From: Thermodesulfobacteriota bacterium
Lineage (GTDB): Bacteria > Desulfobacterota > DSM-4660 > Desulfatiglandales > HGW-15
Length of the DNA: 64,000 nucleotides
Direction: 5' to 3'
NCBI GenBank assembly: GCA_042573485.1
Contig: JBHPCX010000006.1
Coordinates: 255 to 64,254 of the forward strand
Made by a program: the position numbers and the translations under genes. Shown one piece after another: positions 18,980-28,156 of this stretch. The notes below the pieces were generated by a model that was not told the origin of the DNA, did not search any database, and was given only the letters and a program-made list of their open reading frames with translations. Within the stretch, counting starts at the first letter, position 1, and each line of letters begins with the position of its first letter.

Positions 18980-19822
18980 ATGAAAAGAAACGATAAATCA
19001 AAATCACCACTGCCGGAAGATGTGATAACCCATTACGCTTCAGGGTACGAAGCAAATCGATTGGAAATCAGTGATGGTAAAATTGACCGTGAGCGTACCC
19101 GCGAGCTGCTGGAACGCTTTCTGCCTCCGGTTCCTGCGACGGTATATGATATCGGCGGCGGGACCGGAAAGCATGCCTGCTGGCTAGCCCGGCGCGGTTA
19201 CGAAGTTCATCTGATTGACATTGTGCCCCTTCATGTTGAATTGGCCAGGCAGGAATCAGCACGACAGCCGGAACATCAATTGGCCAGCGCGGAGGTTGGT
19301 GATGCCTGTTCTCTTGACTGGGATGACAGCAGCGCTGATGCTGCCTTGCTGTTCGGACCTCTCTATCACCTTACTGAAAAAGGGGATCGTCTAAAAGCAT
19401 TATCAGAGGCTTACCGGGTTTTAAAAACAGGCGGTGTTCTCCTGGCTGTCGGTATATCCCGCTTTGCGTCGACACTTGACGGATTGCGTTCTGAATTTCT
19501 TAAGGATCCGAAATTTGTTGAAATTGTGAACGGAGACCTTAAAAACGGGCTTCATCGAAATCCGACAGGTAATCAGGATTATTTTATGGAGACCTTCTTT
19601 CACCATCCGGATGAACTGAAAGCCGAAATAACCGGGGCGGGATTTTTAGACGGCCGTGTATATGGTGTTGAAGGGCCTTCCTGGCTGGCCCCGAATCTGG
19701 ATGAATGGTGGGATGATGAGGAGCAACGAAAGGTACTGCTCTGGATCGCAAGGGAATTGGAATCGGAATCCGCTCTTTCAGGTATCAGTGCCCATCTGAT
19801 AGCGGTTGGTGTGAAAGGATGA
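18980..19822 (+). CDS. Class I SAM-dependent methyltransferase
   Basis: VYDIGGGTG, LIDIV, GDA, LLFGPLYHL, RVLKTGG; GAGGGG RBS before ATG 18980. Confidence 0.88.
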   Translation: MKRNDKSKSPLPEDVITHYASGYEANRLEISDGKIDRERTRELLERFLPPVPATVYDIGGGTGKHACWLARRGYEVHLIDIVPLHVELARQESARQPEHQLASAEVGDACSLDWDDSSADAALLFGPLYHLTEKGDRLKALSEAYRVLKTGGVLLAVGISRFASTLDGLRSEFLKDPKFVEIVNGDLKNGLHRNPTGNQDYFMETFFHHPDELKAEITGAGFLDGRVYGVEGPSWLAPNLDEWWDDEEQRKVLLWIARELESESALSGISAHLIAVGVKG

Positions 19823-19854
19823 TAGCATTAAAGGATGTTAGAATTGATTCGAAA

Positions 19855-20008
19855 ATGGAAAAATTGAGAACCAGAAAATAGATTCCATTAGCGCGTTACG
19901 ATTATTCAGAGAACGGATTTTATTTCGCAACCATCTGTTCCAACAACAGACAAAACATATTTACCGAACACAAAATATCTGTAGGGGCGGCCAGCCGGTC
20001 GCCCCTAC
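19855..20008 (+). pseudogene. N-terminal remnant of a REP-associated tyrosine transposase (RAYT) ending in a GTAG REP
   Basis: MEKLRTRK*IPLARYDYSENGFYFATICSNNRQNIF resembles the RAYT N-terminus (R..RL.GYDYS..G.YF.TIC..NR...F). In-frame REP GTAGGGGCGGCCAGCCGGTCGCCCCTAC at 19981-20008. Confidence 0.7.
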
Positions 20009-20048
20009 TAACAATATTAAAAGGTTTTTAACACGACCCAGGAGGTAT

Positions 20049-20717
20049 ATGACAGATAATAAATTTGTTCCACTCAGATCATACAATAAGTATTCGCCGT
20101 CAGTCATGACGGAGCGCGCCGCTTCTTTCCGTAACAATATGCAGTGCAGGCGTAGTGTGCGCGAGTTTTCCAATGAACCTGTACCACGAGAAGTGATCGA
20201 AGACTGCATACTAACGGCTGGTTCCGCACCGAGCGGCGCGAACCGGCAACCGTGGCATTTCGTGGTGGTGAGTGACCATAAAATAAAGCGGCGAATCCGG
20301 GAAGCTGCCGAAAAAGAGGAATATGATTTCTATCACGGCCTGGCGGGAGATGAGTGGCTGAAAGATCTATCGCAGCTTGAAACCAACCATGAAAAACCTT
20401 TCCTGGAGGAAGCCCCCTGTTTAATTGTGATATTCGGGCAGAGCTGGGGAGTATTGGAGAACGGAGATAAAAAGAAGCATTACTATGTAAGCAAGTCGGC
20501 AGGAATAGCCACAGGAATGTTGATAGCCGCGATCCATAATGCGGGACTTGTGTGTTTACCATACACACCGAGCCGAATGTCATTTCTGAGGAAATTGCTG
20601 GGACGGGGGAAGAACGAAAAACCATTTCTGGTCCTGGTGGTTGGGTATCCAGCCGAAGATGCTATGGTCCCGGCTCTTGAGAAAAAGACACTGAATCTTA
20701 TTTCGACATTCCTATAA
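20049..20717 (+). CDS. Nitroreductase family, iodotyrosine deiodinase-like
   Basis: RRSVREFS, APSGANRQPWHFVVV, IREAAEKEEYDFY, KPFLEEAP, HYY, VGYP. Confidence 0.82.
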   Translation: MTDNKFVPLRSYNKYSPSVMTERAASFRNNMQCRRSVREFSNEPVPREVIEDCILTAGSAPSGANRQPWHFVVVSDHKIKRRIREAAEKEEYDFYHGLAGDEWLKDLSQLETNHEKPFLEEAPCLIVIFGQSWGVLENGDKKKHYYVSKSAGIATGMLIAAIHNAGLVCLPYTPSRMSFLRKLLGRGKNEKPFLVLVVGYPAEDAMVPALEKKTLNLISTFL

Positions 20718-20797
20718 CTTTCGGAGCAATCGGGAAAGCGCAGTAAAATAATATGGGAACCTGTAAGCCTTGCCGTTAGCGGTAAGAAGAGGGCGTT

Positions 20798-21322
20798 GTG
20801 AAATTTAGAAATTCAAAAAGTGATGATATTGAATCTATATGTGATCTTCATGTTGATGCATTTGATGATACTGAAGGCCCTGTAATCGCTGAATTAGTTA
20901 GGGCTATTTTAAATACCCAAATGGATAAACCTGTATATTCCTTTGTGATTGAAGGTAAAAAAAGAATTATCGGCCACATAGTGTTCAGTCCGGTATTGAT
21001 CCAGGGTTCTGAAAAAATTAAGGCATATATACTGGCTCCCCTGGCGATATCAACAGGTCATCAGAAGCAGGGGCTGGGTACCAGGCTGATAAGTTACAGT
21101 ATCAATGAATTAAAAGAGCATGGCGTTGAAGTGTTATTTGTCTACGGCGATCCGGCTTACTACAGCCGAAGCGGGTTTAAAACTGAAAAGAATGTATCTG
21201 CCCCCTATGACTTAGAGTATCCTGAAGCATGGATGACAATGGAATTAATAAATGGATCGCTTTCAAATGTCCATGGCACGGTTAAATGTATGCTGCCGCT
21301 TATGTCAGGGGTGTACTGGTAA
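20798..21322 (+). CDS. GNAT acetyltransferase (YhbS-like)
   Basis: IGHIVFSPV, LAPLAI...HQKQGLG, VYGDPAYYSRSGF. Confidence 0.88.
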   Translation: MKFRNSKSDDIESICDLHVDAFDDTEGPVIAELVRAILNTQMDKPVYSFVIEGKKRIIGHIVFSPVLIQGSEKIKAYILAPLAISTGHQKQGLGTRLISYSINELKEHGVEVLFVYGDPAYYSRSGFKTEKNVSAPYDLEYPEAWMTMELINGSLSNVHGTVKCMLPLMSGVYW

Positions 21323-21361
21323 TACACTGAGATTTATCATCATTCATGTTGGAAATAAGCT

Positions 21362-21844
21362 ATGGAAATTAGAAAGAGTAATCAAAACGATCTTGAGGGA
21401 ATTCTTAAGGTATATGAATCGGCCAGGCAGTATATGCTGGAAAATGGCAATCCGGACCAGTGGAGAGATGGTTACCCCGATGAAAAAATAATTATGGCGG
21501 ACATTGAAAATAACCATCATTTTGTCTGTGTTGATGGCAGCAGGGTAGTCGGCTGCTTCGCGTTTATTGAAGGGGATGATCCGACATATGAAGAAATTTT
21601 CAAAGGAGAATGGCTTGACAATAATCCATACGCGGTAATTCACCGGATAGCTGTCTTTAAACATGGAAAAGGAACCGGATCCTTCTGTCTTGAGTGGTGT
21701 TTCAGACAGTACAATAATATAAGAATAGATACACATAGAGATAATATTCCAATGCAAAGGCTTCTAAAAAAAAGAGGATTCCAGTATTGCGGTGTGATAT
21801 ATAACTGGCAGGGTGATGAAAGGCTGGCTTTTCAGAGAGCATAA
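21362..21844 (+). CDS. GNAT acetyltransferase
   Basis: GNPDQW..GYP, YAVIHRIAV, RIDTHRDNIPMQRLLKKRGF.CG. Confidence 0.88.
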   Translation: MEIRKSNQNDLEGILKVYESARQYMLENGNPDQWRDGYPDEKIIMADIENNHHFVCVDGSRVVGCFAFIEGDDPTYEEIFKGEWLDNNPYAVIHRIAVFKHGKGTGSFCLEWCFRQYNNIRIDTHRDNIPMQRLLKKRGFQYCGVIYNWQGDERLAFQRA

Positions 21845-21891
21845 ATATAGTATAAAATGAGTACAAAATGAACTTTAAGTGAGAATACGCC

Positions 21892-22353
21892 TTGAAAGAA
21901 AATATATACATTGAAGTGCTGCAAAATATTGAATCTCAGATCGAAGGTGAAACGGATCTGATAACAGTGATGTCAACAGTATCCGGTGAGTTGTATCATA
22001 CCTTTGATCATTTCAGCTGGGTGGGATTTTACAGACTGGTGGATGATAAAACATTGAAAGTAGGCCCCTTCCAGGGGACGCATGGGTGTTTGACAATTGA
22101 TATTGAAAAAGGTGTATGTGGAAAATGCGCCAGGGAGGGTAAGACCCAGGTAGAGAATGATGTGAGTGCTATACCCCATCATATAGCCTGTTCGATTGAT
22201 ACGAAATCTGAAATTGTTATACCGGTAAAGGATAATGAAAATAATGTCAGGGCAGTACTGGATATTGACTCAACGGAAATTAACAGTTTTGACGAAGCAG
22301 ACCAAAGGTATCTGGAGAAGATATGTGGATACATATCAGAGAGATACACATAA
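21892..22353 (+). CDS. msrC: GAF-domain free methionine-R-sulfoxide reductase-like protein
   Basis: WVGFY, GPFQG..GC, GVCG, HIAC, SEIVIP, LDIDS. Confidence 0.8.
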   Translation: MKENIYIEVLQNIESQIEGETDLITVMSTVSGELYHTFDHFSWVGFYRLVDDKTLKVGPFQGTHGCLTIDIEKGVCGKCAREGKTQVENDVSAIPHHIACSIDTKSEIVIPVKDNENNVRAVLDIDSTEINSFDEADQRYLEKICGYISERYT

Positions 22354-22685
22354 CTAAGGAAGGTGGCTGACCCCTATTTTGACACCTATACTTGCCTGAT
22401 CCGCTTCCCTGAAGATCAATGAAATCAATAAGTTGTTTATAGGTAATTCTCAGCTTGCAGAGATCTTTGGATGTTAAATGAAGAAATTCCATTAGTAATA
22501 TTCCAGTAAAAAATATCCGTCTCGACTCTTTATTTGTAATACCCTGTTTGGCTTAAATTACTTGATTTTTTATACGCATTTAATATGCTGTCTTTTATAG
22601 GAATTTCTTTAATGGGCAATCCCGGTACTGAATTGTCTAATATTGGTTGTATCTTCTTTACTTTGAGCGAGAAATTAAATAAAAA

Positions 22686-23288
22686 ATGTCCATGAAATGT
22701 TTAAATCATCGCAATGCAAATGCTATTGGTCAATGTTCAAAATGCGGGATTCCTGTTTGTGAAATCTGCAATAGGTCTGAAGATGAAGATGTATTGATGT
22801 GTGAAGCCTGCGGTATGTTTTCAACCTTCTCTGCCATGACTCAAAAAAAAGTGAGCATTGATGAAAAACGGATACAAAAGGAATTAGAAGATTCAAGTAA
22901 AAAAATAAAGCGAAGATCAGTAATGCTTACAGCATCGGTTGTAATGGCATTAATTATAGTTATAATAGAGGTAATATGGTATCTTAGTCTTTCCGATACG
23001 GAATTTAATCAATCTAATCCTTCGGAAGATTATGTTACATCGATCATAATGATAAATAATGCTATTCGTGAATACAGGGAGAATCATGATAGTAAAGCTC
23101 CTGACTCGCTGGAGACTTTATTAGGTGATTACCTGCCTGATAACGAGATTTGGAAGAAAAACCTTTTGGACTATCATTATAAGAAAATAACTCCTTACAA
23201 ATATGAACTTATACCACCCCTAAAAAAAGATGATAGTATTCCCGATATTTTGTTTTCAGATGAAGGCCCAGGGATTGTGGGGATATGA
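22686..23288 (+). CDS. B-box zinc finger, one transmembrane helix and a pilin/GspG-like extracellular domain
   Basis: C..H......CSKCG..VCEIC...CEAC; hydrophobic SVMLTASVVMALIIVIIEVIWYL; INNAIREYR...PDSLETL. Confidence 0.6.
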   Translation: MSMKCLNHRNANAIGQCSKCGIPVCEICNRSEDEDVLMCEACGMFSTFSAMTQKKVSIDEKRIQKELEDSSKKIKRRSVMLTASVVMALIIVIIEVIWYLSLSDTEFNQSNPSEDYVTSIIMINNAIREYRENHDSKAPDSLETLLGDYLPDNEIWKKNLLDYHYKKITPYKYELIPPLKKDDSIPDILFSDEGPGIVGI

Positions 23289-23289
23289 T

Positions 23290-23799
23290 ATGGCTTTAGT
23301 AATAATTCGGGATAAAAAAGGATTTACTTTAGTTGAACTGATTGTATCAATGGGTATTCTATTCGTGTTGATTTCAACAACCATCCCTGTTGTTAGTGCT
23401 TACAGAATGAAGGCTCAATCTCTTGAATTGGATTTAACAATAAAACACCTGATGGATGGAATGGAAGTCTGTTATGTTGAAAATGATGAGTTCTATCCTG
23501 AAGTAACAGGCTCGTGGTTTATTCAAACGGGTGAAATAACTGTAGAGAGCGGAGAAACAGCTGATATACCGGATATCCTTTATGAATTCCCAGCAGGACA
23601 TAGGCATAAATATATCTTTAGGAGGTGGAAGCTTGATTGGGGCGAGATATTAGACCTCGTATGGATCGAGATATGGGCTGATTTTGATTTTAACAGAAAT
23701 GGTGTAAATGATAGATACACGATATATATGTGGATGAGAGATGGTCAACCATATTCGAGTGACCGATACAGACACTATGAATTAGTAAATGGTTATTAA
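23290..23799 (+). CDS. Type IV pilin-like protein
   Basis: Class III signal KKG|FTLVELIV with Glu5 and a hydrophobic alpha-1 helix. Confidence 0.85.
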   Translation: MALVIIRDKKGFTLVELIVSMGILFVLISTTIPVVSAYRMKAQSLELDLTIKHLMDGMEVCYVENDEFYPEVTGSWFIQTGEITVESGETADIPDILYEFPAGHRHKYIFRRWKLDWGEILDLVWIEIWADFDFNRNGVNDRYTIYMWMRDGQPYSSDRYRHYELVNGY

Positions 23800-24163
23800 T
23801 AGATGAACCCTCTAATTGCTTTCAAACCTACCTTTAGATTCTGAGTGATTCAACATATCCCAAAGTAAAAACTATATAGCTGGATTTTCATTTTATTGTT
23901 TTTCATTGAAGCAGCAATTAAAATTACAGATAAAATCTAAATACCAATGACTTGCCCGATCTCAATCAATCATGCGTACTATGGGAGAAAATCCTAGAGT
24001 AAACAAGATATGAAAATGGAAATCTGATTCATAAGGTTTGAAAAAATTCTGCTAACCATACTAATCAAAAATGCATATTCACTTACGCATTTGATAAAAT
24101 ATCTATAAATAAATATTTATAAAAGAGTGAAGGCTTAAATTCGACTTTTCAAAAAGGCGCGAT

Positions 24164-24994
24164 TCAAAAAACTTTTTCAAGCAAACCTTTCGCATCAGAC
24201 CTGCACCTGGTACAGTGGTGCATCTGGGGTACAAATGCCCCGGCAGTTTTTCTCAATTTATGCATGATTTTTTTGCCGGGTGGTTGGACGTTTTCCATGT
24301 CCGTACCTTTAACAGGAATAACCGGGATAAAGTTCATTAAGTCAACACCCAGACTGCCCATCTTCCCGGCAAGGAAAATGAGATGATCTTCATTGATTCC
24401 CGGGATAACGACAGAATTCACTTTAACTGTGAAGTTATTGCTCTTTAAAATTGATATTGCTTCAAGCTGCCTTTCAATAAGTGTTCCGGCAGCCTCGATA
24501 CTTTTCAATTTGATGCCGTCCATCTTGACCCATTTATATATATGCGCGCCCATAACCGGATCAATGCAGTTTACTGTTATGGTTACATACCTCACATTTA
24601 AATCAGAGAGCTGCCTAATATAGTCCTTAATATTTAATCCGTTTGTGGATACACACAGGGATATTCCACTGTTTTTAGTCCGGATTAGCTCAAAAGTCTT
24701 CAAAGTAAGCTCAGGTTTACTGAAGGCGTCACCGGGACCGGCAATTCCGGCAACTGAAATAAAAGGCATCTTTTGTAGTGTTCTTTCAAAGTGGTTAAAT
24801 GCTTGTTCCGGGCTTATCACTCCCTTTGTCACACCCGGCCTGTTTTCATGCAGGCAGTCATAGTCCCTTCTGCAGTAGGCACACTGGATATTACAGGCAG
24901 GGGCCACCGGGAGATGTATCCTGCCGTATTTGTTTTTTGCCTCTGAAAAAAAACAGGGGTGATGATTTGCTTTTGTCTGGAATTTATTGAACAT
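24164..24994 (-). CDS. nifB: NifB-family radical SAM carbide synthase, stand-alone (no NifX domain)
   Basis: All six NifB signature motifs: HPC, CNIQCAYC (CxxxCxxC), ENRP, AGPG, TITVN and CTRCRSDAKG. Confidence 0.88.
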   Translation of the reverse strand: MFNKFQTKANHHPCFFSEAKNKYGRIHLPVAPACNIQCAYCRRDYDCLHENRPGVTKGVISPEQAFNHFERTLQKMPFISVAGIAGPGDAFSKPELTLKTFELIRTKNSGISLCVSTNGLNIKDYIRQLSDLNVRYVTITVNCIDPVMGAHIYKWVKMDGIKLKSIEAAGTLIERQLEAISILKSNNFTVKVNSVVIPGINEDHLIFLAGKMGSLGVDLMNFIPVIPVKGTDMENVQPPGKKIMHKLRKTAGAFVPQMHHCTRCRSDAKGLLEKVF

Positions 24995-25005
24995 TTTATT
25001 TACCT

Positions 25006-25794
25006 TCAGGGGCGACCAATCTTTATGGCATCCCGGGGGCAGGCTTCTAAGCATTCACAGCAATTTGTACAATTTGACTCAGCAGGGAGTGTTCCCATGC
25101 AACAGATTTCAAGGCATTTATTACAGCCATCGCATGCTTCTGTTTTATATACCTTGAAAAGAGAAATTGGTTTTAATAGATCGAGTAGTCCGCCAGCCGG
25201 GCACGCAAATCTGCACCACATATTGGAGATTAGCAGGCACAGGACCAGGAACCCAAGTACGATGAATGTCCTTATCAGCCAGAGCATGTTGGCGTGTTCA
25301 AAGGTAAGGTATACTGAGTTGAAAAAATCACCTGCGCGTATTGGTATAGCTTCCCTGGGTTGACCTATGATGAAGTAGGCATAAAGGGAGAGTATGAGTG
25401 CCAGGTATTTAAAGTATGGTAAAATCCTGTTAAAATCGTTTTTTACTTTCAGTTTTAGAGGGGAGAGTATTCCGCATAACTGATTGATAAGTCCCCCGGG
25501 ACATGCCCAGCCGCAAAATGCCCTTCCGAATAAAATAATTGAAAGTGGTAGCAGCAGCCAGAATCCCCAGAACATTGTAACCAATCTGCCGTGACATGTA
25601 ATGACAGGACAATTCTGGCAACTCACATAGGGCACAATGAACGGGCAGCGGAAAATGCCGTAAAATGACCATTGGCCCATTATGATCAGGAATGCCACCT
25701 GGATTAGCCTTCTCCACCAGGTCAATAACTTCAATTTAGATTTTTTGTCAGTTAATATCTCTTCCTGTATTACTATCCGGCCAGTGTCAGACAT
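25006..25794 (-). CDS. NapH/MauN-like membrane protein with 4Fe-4S ferredoxin domain
   Basis: Several TM helices; GRAFCGWACP and WCRFACP (CxxxCP); two CxxCxxCxxxC motifs; extra N-terminal CP...CQNCP...C. Confidence 0.82.
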   Translation of the reverse strand: MSDTGRIVIQEEILTDKKSKLKLLTWWRRLIQVAFLIIMGQWSFYGIFRCPFIVPYVSCQNCPVITCHGRLVTMFWGFWLLLPLSIILFGRAFCGWACPGGLINQLCGILSPLKLKVKNDFNRILPYFKYLALILSLYAYFIIGQPREAIPIRAGDFFNSVYLTFEHANMLWLIRTFIVLGFLVLCLLISNMWCRFACPAGGLLDLLKPISLFKVYKTEACDGCNKCLEICCMGTLPAESNCTNCCECLEACPRDAIKIGRP

Positions 25795-26656
25795 CCTTTA
25801 CTCCCAGTTTTTCTGCCATCTCTCTACCCTTATCAGATATGGCAGGGATGAAACCAGCCTTCAGGAAAAAGCTCTGGCCTTTATCACTTCGAATAAAATC
25901 AATGTAATGGGCTGCCAGCTTCGGATCTTTCGCGTGTTTCATTATGCCGATTGTGAATGTAAGAGGCGGGGGAGGAAAGAATTTTTCAGGTATTGGAATT
26001 ATTTCTGATTTATCTTTGAACAGCGGCATCCTTGTCAATCTTTTTTCTACGACAGACACTTCACCTTTCCCGTCTACAAGGTCTTCCATGGCCCTTTGCA
26101 CACAGCTGCTTTTTATAACACAGTTTTCCATCGCTTTTTCAGCAACTCCCGCATTTTTCAGGAGCAGGGTTACGGCGCCCCCTCCGGGGGCGGATGCTTC
26201 AGGAGAAAGAATTACCTTTATTCCCGGTTTTGCAATGTCCTGAATCTTTGTGATTCCGGCCGGATTGCCCTTTGGAGTTACAAGTACATAGCTTGTAAAA
26301 CAGAGGGGTTTAAATGAAACCATTTTTCCGGCTTTCCGGAGTTTTTTTGCAAGGGCGAGTACTCTGCCTGCGAATATTTCTGTGCTGGCGCTGCCTAAAA
26401 GTGATTTGCCGAGTGCTGCAGCAAAGGCGCCAGTATAGGCAATATCGACACCTGTTTCTTCCTTGAACACCTCGTTGGCAGGGATAAAGGCTTCCGCCAG
26501 TCCTCCGCATGACCAGACCTGAAGTGTCATTTGTGTGGATTGTTCGCCCGCTGAAAGACCGGAGGGTAAGGCGGTGCCAATCGCTGCTCCTGCTGCAACG
26601 GACAGGAAAGCCCTGCGGCTGTATTTGTTTTCTTTTTCCCCTTCATATTCTTTCAT
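25787..26656 (-). CDS. Tat-exported ModA-fold (SBP_bac_11-like) solute-binding protein
   Basis: SRRAFL Tat motif; PKGNPAGITKIQDIAKPG and FIRSDKGQSFFLKAGF are ModA-like; WSCGGLAEA replaces the usual AAASL. Confidence 0.78.
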   Translation of the reverse strand: MKEYEGEKENKYSRRAFLSVAAGAAIGTALPSGLSAGEQSTQMTLQVWSCGGLAEAFIPANEVFKEETGVDIAYTGAFAAALGKSLLGSASTEIFAGRVLALAKKLRKAGKMVSFKPLCFTSYVLVTPKGNPAGITKIQDIAKPGIKVILSPEASAPGGGAVTLLLKNAGVAEKAMENCVIKSSCVQRAMEDLVDGKGEVSVVEKRLTRMPLFKDKSEIIPIPEKFFPPPPLTFTIGIMKHAKDPKLAAHYIDFIRSDKGQSFFLKAGFIPAISDKGREMAEKLGVKDV

Positions 26657-26781
26657 GTGATTACTCCAATTTTTTAATTACTCATACTATGGCGTTCAAA
26701 AACAAGTCAAACTGGAATAATCGATAAAACTTTTGAGATAATTCGGAAAAACCAATAGGTGAGAAATGAAAGATATGCTGA

Positions 26782-27348
26782 TTATTTGCTTATCTGCAGC
26801 TTTTGTCCTACTTGTATTACTGATTGGGGGCCAATATTATTCAACCTGCGTAACTCATTCACGGGTATATTATAATTTACACTTATTCTGTACAGGGTTT
26901 CCCCCGGGGCCACTACATGATATTTTTCGATATCTGAAACTGGTTCCTTCGTCACTTCTTTTATCTTAACAGGTTCTTTTATTGCTTCACTGTGAAGAGT
27001 GTCGTCCACTTTTTTACTGTTCTTCATATCAATAAGGGCTTCAAGACTGTCTATCCTATTCATCAAAGATATTTCCAGTCTTGTTCTTTGTTCATCGATA
27101 ATTGAATTACTTTTATTAACACTCTCTATCCTGGTAAGCCTGTCTTCAATCTTCAACAACCTGGAATCCAGTGAGTAAAGACTTTTTCTAATGGATTTTT
27201 CTGATTTTAAGAGGAGGTAGAAGGACAGTCCGATCAGGCATATGACAATAACAGCAAGAGATGCCGCGATAATAGAATACCGCCTGCTCCCTGAATGTGA
27301 TTCAGGAGCGGTGCCTTTAATCTCTTTTGCCATCTCCAGATTTCTCAT
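26782..27348 (-). CDS. Membrane-anchored coiled-coil LysM protein
   Basis: One TM helix, coiled coil, YHVVAPGETLYRIS..Y....LRRLNNI....IQVGQKL. Confidence 0.88.
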   Translation of the reverse strand: MRNLEMAKEIKGTAPESHSGSRRYSIIAASLAVIVICLIGLSFYLLLKSEKSIRKSLYSLDSRLLKIEDRLTRIESVNKSNSIIDEQRTRLEISLMNRIDSLEALIDMKNSKKVDDTLHSEAIKEPVKIKEVTKEPVSDIEKYHVVAPGETLYRISVNYNIPVNELRRLNNIGPQSVIQVGQKLQISK

Positions 27349-27516
27349 AATGGGCTACTCTTGAAAATTGGTGTTAAGATTAAAAGCAAAACGGACGCTC
27401 TCTATAACCTGTTAAAAAATGAGGAATATTTATGCTAGACAAAATATTTTTATCATGTATTAATTCAAAAGGTCAAATGGTAAACCTTGTTAATTATATC
27501 TCAAAGGGAGTCCAGT

Positions 27517-28026
27517 ATGAAACCCAAAAAAATGAGGGAATCTTTTACCGAAAAATCATCCATTATACTGCCGCCTGATACGAATAATCATGGTACTATT
27601 TTTGGCGGCAAAACAATGTCCTATATTGATGAGGTGGCAGGTCTTTCGGCAGTCAGGCACGCCAGGATGATGGTTGTCACGGCCTCCACAGACTCTGTTG
27701 ATTTTTTAAACCCCATAAGGACCAGCCAGGCTATTTGTCTTGAATCATTTGTAACGTGGACCAACAGGACTTCAATGGAAGTATTTGTAAAAGTGGAAGG
27801 AGAAGATCTGTTATCAGGGGAGCGCACCATATGCGCCACGGCTTTTTTGACTTTCGTCGCCCTGGATAAAGATGGCAAGCCCCATGTCGTACCCCCTGTC
27901 GTCCCCGAGAGTGAACTGGAAAAAAGGCTTCACGAAACAGCGCCCGAACGGGCGAAACTCAGGCAGGAAAGGCGTGACCGTTCAAAGGCACTGGCGAAAG
28001 AGATCAGCTTTAATAATTCCAATTAA
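27517..28026 (+). CDS. Acyl-CoA thioesterase (hotdog fold, YciA-like)
   Basis: PPDTNNHGTIFGG, DEVA, VVTAS.DSVDF..PI, RTSMEV. Confidence 0.92.
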   Translation: MKPKKMRESFTEKSSIILPPDTNNHGTIFGGKTMSYIDEVAGLSAVRHARMMVVTASTDSVDFLNPIRTSQAICLESFVTWTNRTSMEVFVKVEGEDLLSGERTICATAFLTFVALDKDGKPHVVPPVVPESELEKRLHETAPERAKLRQERRDRSKALAKEISFNNSN

Positions 28027-28156
28027 TAGCTCAAATGCCACAACACTGTTATCCGTCTGCTGTATGTTAACTTCTTATGTAATGATATCGTTACGATTTC
28101 AACATAAAAGGTTGTTTCGTAATGTATCTTCAAGGTGATAGCCGAGAAAATTATTA

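Noticed and set aside
24164-24994. Evidence that the organism fixes nitrogen
   Set aside because: nifB alone is insufficient; there is no nifHDK in the window.
26495-26515. Selenocysteine at the SCGG motif of the binding protein
   Set aside because: The codon is TGC (Cys). No in-frame TGA readthrough candidate was seen.
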